The position numbers and the translations under genes were made by a program. 64,000 nt of DNA from the human T2T-CHM13v2.0 reference genome, Homo sapiens. Position 1 is the first letter of the stretch; each line of letters opens with the position of its first letter. Below the pieces are notes generated by a model, which saw nothing but the letters and a program-made list of their open reading frames with translations, was not told the DNA's origin and did not search any database. Positions 51,909 to 64,000 of the stretch are shown here, in pieces. The stretch is taken from the NCBI RefSeq assembly GCF_009914755.1, contig NC_060932.1; one strand, 5' to 3'.

Positions 51909-54900
51909 CTAACTAGAATAAACAGTTTAGAAAGGAATATAATTGATCTGATGGAGCTGAAAAACACAGCACGAGAACTTTGGGAAGCATACACAAGTAT
52001 CAAAAGCTGAATCAATCAAGCAGAAGAAGGGATATCAGAGATTGAAGATCAACTTAATGAAGAAAAGCATGAAGACAATATTACAGAAAAAAAGAATGAA
52101 AAGGAATGAACAAAGCCTCGAAAAAAATATGGAACTATTTGAAAAGACCAAACCTATGTTTAACTGGTGTACCTGAAAGTGATGGGGAGAATGGAACCAA
52201 GTTGGAAAACACACTTCAGGATATTATCCAGGAGAACTTCCCCAACATAGCAAGACAGGCCAACAGTCAAATCCAGAAAATATGTAGAACACCACAAAGA
52301 TACTCCTCGAGAAGAGCAACCCCAAGACAAAAATGGTCAGATTCGCCAAGGTTGAAATGAAGTAAAAAAATGTTAAGGTCAGCCACAGAAAAAGATCGGG
52401 TTACCCACAAAGGGAAGCCTATCAGACTAACAGCAGATCTCTCTGCAGAAACTGTACAGCCAGAGGCGAGTGGGGGCCAATATTCAACATTCTTAAAGAA
52501 AAGAATTTTCAACCCAGAATTTCATATCCAGCCAAACTAAGCTTCATAAGCGAAGTAGAAATAAAATCCTTTACAAACAAGCAATAGCTGAGAGATTTTT
52601 GTCACCACCAGGCCTGCCTTACAAGAGCTACTGAAAGAAGCACTAAATATGGAAAGAAAACCAGTACCAGCCACTGCAAAAACATACCAAATCTTAAAGA
52701 CCATCGACACTATGAAGAAACCTCATCAACTAACAGGAAAAATAACCAGCTAGCATCATAATGGCAGGATAAAATTCACACATAACAATAGAATCTTAAA
52801 TGTAAACAGACTAAATGCCCCATTTAAAAGACTCGGACTGACAAATTGGATAGAGTCAAGACCCATTGGTGTGCTGTATTTGGGAGACCCATCTCATGTG
52901 CAAAGACACACATCAGCTCAAAATAAAGGGATGGAGGAAGATTTATCAAGCAAGTGAAAAGCAAAAAAAATAAAAATTTTTAAAAAAGCCAGGGTTACAA
53001 ACCCTGTCTCTGATAAAACAGACTTTAAACCAAGAAAAATCAAAAAAGACGAAGAAGAGCATTACATAATGGTAAACGGATCAATGCAACAAGAAGACCT
53101 AACTATCCTAAATATATATGCACCCAATACAAGAGCACCCAGATTCATAAAGCAAGTTCTTAGAGACCTGCAGACTTAGGCTCTCACACAATAATAGTGG
53201 GAGACTTTAACACCCAACTGTCAATATTAGACAGATCAACGAGACAAAATTAACAAGGATATTCAGGACTTGAACGCAGCTCTGGACCAAGCAGACCTAA
53301 TGGACATCTACAGAACTCTCCACCCCATATCAACAGAATACACATTCTTCTCAGGACTACATGACACTTATTCTAAAATTGACCTCATAATTGGAAGTAA
53401 AACACCCCTCAGCAAATGCAAAAGAACAGAAATCATAACAAACAGTCTCTCAGACCACAGTGCAATCAAATTGGGACTCAGGATTAAGAAATTCACTCAA
53501 AACCACACAACTACATGGAAACTTAACAACCTGTTCCTGAATGACTACTGGGTAAACAATGAAATTAAGGTAGAAATAAATAAGTTCTTTGAAACCAATG
53601 GAAACAAAGACAGTGTACCAAAACCTCTGGGACACAGCTAAAACAGTGTTTAGATGGAAATTTATAGCATTAAATGCCCACAGGAGAAAGCAGGAAAGAT
53701 CTAAAATCGACACCCTAACATCACAATTAAAAGAACTAGAGAATCAAGAGCAAACAAATTGAAAACCTAGAAGAAGACAAGAAATTACTAAGATCAGAGC
53801 AGAACTGAAGGAGACAGAGGCACGAAAAACACTTCAAAAAATCAACAAATCCAGGAGGTGTTTTTTTGAAAAGATTAACAAAATAGATAGACTGTTAGCC
53901 AGACTAATAAAGAAGAAAAGAGAGAAGAATCAAATAGACACAATAAAAAAAGATAAAGAGGGTATCACCACTGATCCCACAGAAATACAAAGTACCATCA
54001 GAGAATACTATAAACACCTCTATGCAAATAAACAAGAAAACCCAGAAGAAATGGATAAATTTCTGGACATACACGCCCTCCCAAGACTAAACCAGGAAGA
54101 AGTCGAATCCCTGAATAGACCAATAACAAGTTCTGAAATTGAGGCAGTAATTAATAGCCTACCAACCCAAAAAAGCCCAGGACCAGACAGATTCACAGCC
54201 AAATTCTACCACAGGTACAAAGAGGAGCTGGTACCATTCCTTCAGAAACTATTCCAAACCACAGAAAAAGAGGAACTCCTCCCTAACTCATTTTTTGAGG
54301 CCAACATCATCCTGATACCAAAACCTGGCAGAGACACAACAACAAAAAATTTCAGACCAATATCCCTGATGAACACCAATGCAAAAATTCTCAATAAAAT
54401 ACTGGCAAACTGAATCCAGCAGCATATCAAAAAGCTTCTCCACCATGATCAAGTTGGCTTCATCTCTGGGATGCAAGGCTGGTTCAACATATGCAAATCA
54501 ATAAATATAATCCATCACATAAACAGAATCAATGACAAAAACCACATGTTTATCTCAATAGATATAGAAAAGGCCTTCAATAAAATTCAACACCACTTCA
54601 TGCTAAAAACTCTCAATAAACTAGGTATTGATGGAACATATCTCAAAATAACAAGAGCTATTTATGACAAACTCACAGACAATATCACACTGACTGGGCA
54701 AAAGCAGGAAGCAATCCCTTTGAAAAATGGCAGAAGACAAGGATGCCCTCTCTCACCACTCCTATTCAACACAGCATTGGAAGTTCTGGCTAGGGTAATG
54801 AGGCAAGAGAAATAAATAAAGGGTATTCAAATAGGAAGAGAGGAAGTCATATTGTCTCTGTTTGCAGATGACATAATTGGATATTTAGAAAACCCCATTA

Positions 54901-55867
54901 TCTCAGCCCAAAATCTCCTTAAGCTGATAAGCAACTTCAGCAAATCTCAGGATCAAAATCAATGTGCAACAATCACAAGCATTCCTATATACCAATAACA
55001 GACAAACAGACAGCCAAATCATGAGTGAACTCCCATTCACACTTGCTACAAAGAGAATAAAAGGAATACAACTTATAAGGGATGTGAAGGACCTCTTCAA
55101 GGAGGACTACAAACCACCGCTCAAGGAAATAAGAGAGGACACAAGCACATGGAAAAACATTCCATGCTCATGGATAGAAAGAATTAATATTGTGAAAATG
55201 GCCATACTGCCCAAAGTAATTTATAGATTCAATGCTATCCCCATCAAGCTACCATTGACTTTCTTCACAGAATTAGAAAAAACTACTTTAAATTTCATAT
55301 GGAATCAAAAAGAGCCCATATAGCCAAGATAATCCTAAGCAAAAAGAACAAAGCTGAAGGCATCATGCCACCTAACTTCAAACTATACTACAAGGCTACA
55401 GTAACCAAAACAGCATGGTACTGGTACCAAAACAGATACATAGACCAATGGAATGGAACAGTGGCCTCAGAAATAATGCCACACATCTCCAAACATCTGA
55501 TCTTTGACAAACCTGACAAAAACAAGCAATGGGGAAAGGATTCCCTATTTCATAAATGGTGTTGGGAAAACTGGGTAGCCATAGGCGGAAAACTGGAACT
55601 GGACCCGTTCTTTACATCTTATACAAAAATTAACTCAAGATGGATTAAAGACTTAAACATAAGACCTAAAACCATAAAAACCTGAGAAGAAAACCTAGGC
55701 AGTACCATTCAGGACATAGGCATGAGCAAAGACTTCATGACTAAAACACCAAAAGCAATGGCAACAAAAGCCAAAATTGACAAATGGGATCTAATTAAAC
55801 TAAAGAGCATCTGCACAGCAAAAGAAACTGTCATCAAAATGATCAGGCAACCGACAGAATGGGAGGA

Positions 55868-56857
<990 letters not shown>

Positions 56858-57740
56858 CTAATATCCAGAATCTCCAACAAACGTAAACAAATTTACAAGA
56901 AAAAAACAAACAACCCCATCAAATAATGGACAATGGATATGAACAGACCTTCTCAAAAGAAGACATTTATGTGGCAAATAAACATGAAAAAAGCTCGTCA
57001 TCACTGGTCATTAGAGAAATGCAAATCAAAACCACAATGAGATACCATCTCATGCCAGTTAGAATGGCAATCATTAAAAAGTCAGGAAACAACAGATTCT
57101 GGAGAGGATGTGGAGAAATAGAAATGCTTTTACACTGTTGGGAGTGTAAATTAGTTCAACCATTGTGGAAGAAAGTGTGGCAATTCCTCAAGGATCTAGA
57201 ACCAGAAATACCATTTGACCCAGCAATCCCATTACTGGGTTTATACCCAAAGAATTATAAATCATTCTGCTATAAAGAGACATGCACCTGTATGCTTATT
57301 GTGACACTGTTCACAATAGCAAAGACTTGGAACCAACCCAAATGCCCATCAATGAGAGACTGGATAAAGAAAATGTGGCACATATACACCACGGAATACT
57401 ATGCAACCATAAAAAAGGATGAGTTCATGTCCTTTGTAGGGACATGGATGAAGCTGGAAACCATCATTCTCAGCAAACTAACACAGGAACAGAAAACCAA
57501 ACACCGCATGTTCTCACTTATAAGTGGGAGTTGAACAATGAGAACACATGGACATAAGGAGGGGAACATCACATACAGGGGCCTGTCAGCGGGTGGGGGT
57601 TAATGGAGGGATAGCATTAGAATAAATACCTAATGTAGATTACAGGTTGATGGGTGAAAAACCACCGTGGCCCATGTATACCTATGTAACAAACCTGCAC
57701 ATTCTGCACATTTATCCCAGAACTTAAGGTATAATTTTTT

Positions 57741-57994
57741 TTCCTTTTTGTTTATTATTATTATACTTTAAGTTTTAGGGTACATGTGCACAACGTGCAG
57801 GTTAGTTACATATGTATACATGTGCCATGCTGGTGTGCTGCACCCATTAACTCGTCATTTAGCATTAGGTATATCTCCTAATGCTATCCCTCCCCCATCC
57901 CCCCCACCCCACAACAGTCCCCAGAGTGTGATGTTCTCCTTCCTGTGTCCATGTGTTCTCATTGTTCAATTCCCACCTATGAGTGAGAACATGC
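57741..57994 (-). mobile_element. Short antisense L1PA 3' end inserted at host L1 3' end
   Basis: Reverse L1 3'UTR; TSD tataattttt on both sides. Confidence 0.88.
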
Positions 57995-60345
57995 ATATAA
58001 TTTTTAAAAAATCATAAGGGAGTCTGTGTATAGGGGAGACCACTCCTTTCTTTACCACTATCACCATAAAAATATTTACAGACTATAAATATCTTGGTTT
58101 CAGGACCCAACTGGTCATCTGATAGTTTAGTTATGGTCTCAGTGCAGAAAGAAAAATATGTTTCTTGGTTTTAGAGGAAGGAAAAGGAAAACAACTCAAA
58201 TGGTTGCATTTTTTAATTCCAAGCTGCAAAGGAAATGTTTTCTTTCACGAAAAACCAATGAAGCAAGACTCCTCTGAATTTTTACGTAAAGATAAAAAAA
58301 AGTAATATTATTTCAGAAAAGGTGGGGTTCTCATTTGAAAAGTTAATTGTATTAAGTCGGAGTACCACGAGCAATACAGTAAGTAGATGAATGTAGATGA
58401 ATGTGTATAGATATAGATGCAGCCAAACTGCTACACAGCTTTCCTACTTTACAAAAATCAAAATTACTTTTCTCCTAAATCTAAGAGAGGGTAAATTTCC
58501 CCTTGCCCCCTTCTTTCTAAATCACAGTATAGAAGAAAGTGAGAACTAGAGAAAACATGAAGGGATGATGTTTGTAATTCATTTGAGTTTCAGTTCTAGG
58601 GACGTTTTTCTATTTTTTTCTCCAAAAATCTAAATACGCATAAAAAATAATAAGAAAAATATGCTTCTCACTGCATCCTGAATCCTCATTTTTCAAACTG
58701 GACCTGTTTGTGAGTGTCAGTTAGAGCCTGCCAACTGTAGAAGCTGTATTCCTGCTGGAAACTCCTAGTGCAAGAATATCATATTTCTTCCAGAGCATAA
58801 CCATTGCAATTTGCTAATATTCTTAAGGTAAGAGGGAAAACTCAGTTTGCTAGCTGTACCCACCGAGTTGGTGTTAGAAGATGATGATTGTTGGGTGCAC
58901 AGAGAAAGATTTTTTTTTTTAGATTCCAAATGTTTTCTATTTGTTTGTTGTTGTTTTTCCTTTTTAAAGACCTACTCATCCATCAAATGAGTAGGTTAAG
59001 ATTTTCTTTCTTGTTTGGGAAAGAATCTGTTCTTTCCCCCTTTTTTGTGGCAATTTGTTATATTTACAAGATTGATCACTGGCTATAAATCTCATGTGTC
59101 AAAGGTACTTGGCCTGTTCTTTGCTGCATCATTGTGAAATATTAGTAAATCTAATATAACAGATTGTGTCATCCAATGTGTGTGTTTCTGAAAGTGGAAG
59201 CCAAATGTAAGTAAATTGAATTGGCTGACTTCTAAGAACCAGAGAGCTGTATGAGGTAGTTTGGACGGGGTACAATCCCAGTCCTCCCTCATTGTACTCC
59301 TTCCACTTCAGTAACCAAGTTCTCTAACTGCAAACCCCTGGCTTTGGAAAGGCTAGTCTTTGTTTACAATGATGCACCATTACACAGCAAAGTGAAATGG
59401 AATTTGGAATCTTCCATCCCTTCATCTCTCAGTGCACAAACAGTTGTATCAGCTTTGCCTCCAAATTCACTCATGCTGCAGGTGTGTGGTCCTTCCAACT
59501 ACAACCACATCAGGTCCAATTAGACTTCTCACAGTATTTTTGGAAGAGAAGAAGATATCCCCCTTCTTTCCCATATGCCCCCTCTTCTTTTTTGTTTTAA
59601 CCAGGTTATTGTCTGGTGCAGGGGTCACAAACTCAACCGTTAGGGATTTGATAGGTCACATAAATGAGGAAATTGAGTCGGTGGGAACTATGGTGAATTA
59701 GAGATTGCGTATCCTATTTATAGAGGGAAGTCACTACTTTATTCTACCCAAATTTTTTTCACGTAAGTATTTGAACTCCTGAAGCCAAATATTTCCATTT
59801 TTCAAGAGAAATCGTCTATCATTCAAGATTCAATCAAGAGAACTATGCAAATCCAAATTTTATGATATATTCCCACTTCTACATGTAGCCAACTAACAGC
59901 TTTTTTGTATTTGTTATTGATATATGATAGCTGTACACATTTTGCGGGTACATGTGATATTTTTATACATGTATACAATGTGTAATGATCAAATCAGGTT
60001 AAAGACATACACACATACATGCCCTGCTTACCAATTAAGCCAGTGGTGCTCCAATTTATGATAGTATTATAATGATATTTCTGTAGACACATCAATGAAT
60101 AAAATTAGCCTCAAAATATTTTACTGAAGTTATAACCTCAACCTTCTCAGAATTGTAGGACACATTCAGCTCAGCAACTGCAGGCCACTTAATTTTGTGA
60201 TCATTCATCTATTTACTCATTTATCCACCAAACATTTACAGAGTGTCTACGCTAGAGGAAGGGTGTGTAGAGAGAAATAAGACATTGTACTTGTCTTTAA
60301 GGAGCTTATAAACTACCCAGGAGGTCTGACCTGTAAACTGAATTA

Positions 60346-60645
<300 letters not shown>

Positions 60646-62243
60646 CTAAATTAAATTAATATGTGCATTAACAGCTTATTACAGGAATTTATTTAGTGCA
60701 AAGAAACAAACTTGGGTCATTTAAAAATCAGTTGTCAAAACCACAGTTCTGCTTACCCTTCCCCCAATCTCCCATGCACAATTCTCCCCACCTAATCTGC
60801 ATGTCACATATGCTAATTATTGTATAGACTGAAGGAGTTGGGAATATTTGCTGGCTGTTTCACACTTATAACTCACTAAACTTCATTACTCTACCAAACT
60901 GTGCATGCCAAGAAGCCAGTTACACAGCCCACCTTCTCAGACACTCTGTATATGGGACTGGACATATATAACTTAAGATGGAATAGAAATAAAGACTGTT
61001 CCTTGTTTTAACTTTTCTCATCTTAATTTCTCCCTTATCCCCTAAACCTCCTAATCCCCTCACCTTAATATTCATTTCTATGTATAGGTAGAACATAGCA
61101 AAATACCTGGCATGATTTTTAGCCAACAGAAAATAATGGAATAAGATTTAATCTCTCTTAAAAAAATGAAAGTATGTCATTTGCCTTTGAGACTTCCTAC
61201 CTTAAGCCCTACAATGTAAATAGGTATCCAAATATACTGGACTGAGGAAGGGAGTTAGAATAGTAGGGTTTTCAGAGTTTTGGAATCATTCAAATTAGAA
61301 TCATACAATTGGCTGCTGTAATGTGTAACTGAGTTTGGGGGGGGTCCCCATACATTTCTTTTTATTCATAGAATAGAAACTATTTTCATCCTCTAGAATA
61401 AATTATAAGCTAAAAAGGATAGATTTTATTTATTGAGCATCTTCTATGTTTTAGACCCTATGTTAGATTTACTGTTGAATTTAATATTTATAATTACTAG
61501 GTAGTGTTACCACTTTCCAGATAAAGAAACAGACCTGGGTAAATAGAGTAACTTGTGCAAAAGGGCACACTAGTCAGTGACAGTGTCAGGGCAGACATAC
61601 AGATTTGTCTAACCCTGGGCCTTGCTCCTCTCACTAAACCACACTGCTACCCTGAAGTATATCCTTGTTCACTTGGTCATGATTTCACGTTTATAGATTC
61701 CCTTAGCTGCCACTTGATCTTTAAGCCAAAGAAGTAAAAGAAAGCCAGAGAACAGTTTAACAATTTCAAATACAGCTGTACCTGTCCGATTATCTTAACA
61801 AGGCCACAATCTGATTTCAGCCATGGTTGTAGCAAATACACTAGGTAAAATGCTTGTGAATTGGCTTCCCTGGTAATAAGTAGGATGTGGTAACAAGTAC
61901 AAACATAAGATAATATTGGTTATTCTCTTGTAATTTATTTTGGGAGTGGATTGGCTTCACTGAGACTGAAGATAGATAAATTTAATATATGCCATTTTAC
62001 AATGCATAGAGACAAATTGTCATTGGTTGCTATTAACATCAAACATCAATGTAACGGTGCTGTTCAGTTTCCCTAAAGTCCCTCTTGGCCTAGCTGCCTA
62101 TTTACCCTCACCCATTAGATATATTGTATGCATTAATAAATGCATATACTGAAGTAGTTATGTGTGCCTGTTGCATGCTTTACACACAGTAATTTTCATT
62201 CCTTTATCAAATTGAGCATGCAAATAAGCCAATTATATGCCAC

Positions 62244-62597
62244 TGTATTGGTCTGCTTTCACACTGCTATAAAGAACTGCCCAAGACTGGGTAATTTATA
62301 AAGAAAAGAAATTTAATTGACACACAATTCCACAATGGCTGGGGAGGCCTCAGGAAACTTACAATCATGGTGGAAGGGGAAGCAGGCACATCTTGCATGG
62401 CGGCAGGCAAGAGAAGAAGTGTGAAAGAGGAACTTCCAAACACTTATAAAACCCATCAGATCTTATGAGAACTCACTCACTATCATGAGAACAGCATGAG
62501 GGAAACTGCCCCCATGAACCAACCACCTCCCTCTCTTGATATGTGGGGATTACAATTTGAGATGAGATTTGGGTGAGGACAGAGCCAAACCATATCA
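62244..62597 (-). mobile_element. MaLR solo LTR (THE1/MST-type)
   Basis: tgtattggtc...accatatca; 5-bp TSD GCCAC (62239-62243, 62598-62602). Confidence 0.9.
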
Positions 62598-64000
62598 GCC
62601 ACCTTCTCAGATTCTCAAATCTACCCTGAAGAACATAGATTCTACAGTCAACCAGAAGGCTGAAGAGGGTCTAGTGTGAATCAGGTTCCCTCTTACCCAC
62701 CCACCTCCCAATCTCATTAATCTGTAATCTAGAACTCTAATGAGGTAGGTCCTGGACATCTCCTCTGCAACCACAGAAAGAACTAGGAGAGTAAATATTA
62801 AGCATTAATTTCTAGTGTAAATAGTCTAGGGAGGAAAAAAATCAGGGCAAAAATAGAGCCTCATGCCACTTTCCCTACTGCTCTGAGCCAGTCCCTAACT
62901 CAAGCTTTTTTCCAGATCCGAAAACCCTTCCATTCAAGGTTATTTCACCACTCCCTCCACATGTGTGTTCACTAACTTTTACTATTTAGGATAAATCCAG
63001 GTACATGATGAGCCTTTGTCTGTTTTCCTTTCTAAAGGGGCCCAAGTTGATGGGAGAATCTGCTTCCTACCTAGTGTGACCACATTTGCCGTTAGACATT
63101 CTGCTTCCAAACTGTAAGAATCTGTGCTAGTGAAAAAGATTCTCCATGAAATTCCCCTGATCCATTCCATGGTGCCCCATTCTTTAATTCCAGCCCTGGC
63201 CCCTCAAAATTAGGGGATGTCAATAATATTTTTTTTCTAGGATATTTGTCCATTTACTCTGTGAAATTACTCTACTTTATTAAAAGGGAAGTTTGTAGAT
63301 CCCTTAATAATTTTTTAAATTTGATCCCATCTGCAATTAATCTAGCAAATTTATTAAAGCTTATAGCATATGGAAGACCTTCTTTCAAATTTCATGTACA
63401 ACTTCTCTATTTCTGTATTCTTTTATTCTTTTTAGTTGAGGGTAGGAGGATTCTATCATACCAGTGTTCATGCTTCCATTTTCCCAGTCTTTCATTGAGA
63501 CTTCTACGTCTATTTATTTAGAATGCCATACTCAACTTCCCCCATTCTGGAATTTTGATTAAAATACTAATTTTCATCCATGGGAGTTTTCTGATGCTCA
63601 GCGAGGTCTTTTGTGCCCAGAAAAGACTATTTAGAATTATATGTGATTTAAATATTCTATGTAATGAATTTCCCAACTAAAAATACAAATTTTCCTTAAG
63701 CCTTTAAGTCCACCTTACAAAGTTATTTTATCTGTAAATGTGGCAAATTTTATAGAAAACAAGAACAATAATTTTCAGGAGGATCTTTACTTAATATTTG
63801 GCTAACTAGAGTAGAATAAATTCCACATAAATGTTCAATTTATGGACTTAATTAATTTTTCTAAGTATTTTAAAGTCCACTTTTTAGATTAGTATATTTT
63901 ATTTCCTTTTGAGGAAGTTTAAATGCTTGGGTAGGCAAGCACACAGTACTACTAAGAAAATTCTTCCTAGAACTTATACAACTCATTTGTCTAATAAATT

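Overview
Primate (very likely human) genomic DNA at the 5' end of RSPO2 (R-spondin 2), transcribed from the minus strand. A CpG island at ~27.6-30.4 kb holds the promoter, non-coding exon 1 (~30087-29664) and exon 2 (29274-29012), which encodes the first 31 codons (MQFRLFSFALIILNCMDYSHCQGNRWRRSKR). Bases 1-29011 are intron 2 and >30.1 kb is upstream. The rest is mostly L1, Alu, MaLR LTR and DNA-transposon relics; almost all listed ORFs are repeat-derived. The most notable structures are: three L1s inserted one after another at the same endonuclease site; one of them a spliced integrated L1 (SpIRE 97/976-type); private frameshifts shared by two adjacent L1s; an antisense L1 truncated exactly at the homologous position of its host L1, giving a ~0.9-kb inverted repeat; a 57-bp templated insertion copied from 4.6 kb away; a 39-bp near-perfect palindrome; an AluYb8; and two short uORFs ahead of a weak-context RSPO2 start codon. 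No new protein-coding system is supported. Subfamily names come from recalled consensus features, not a search.
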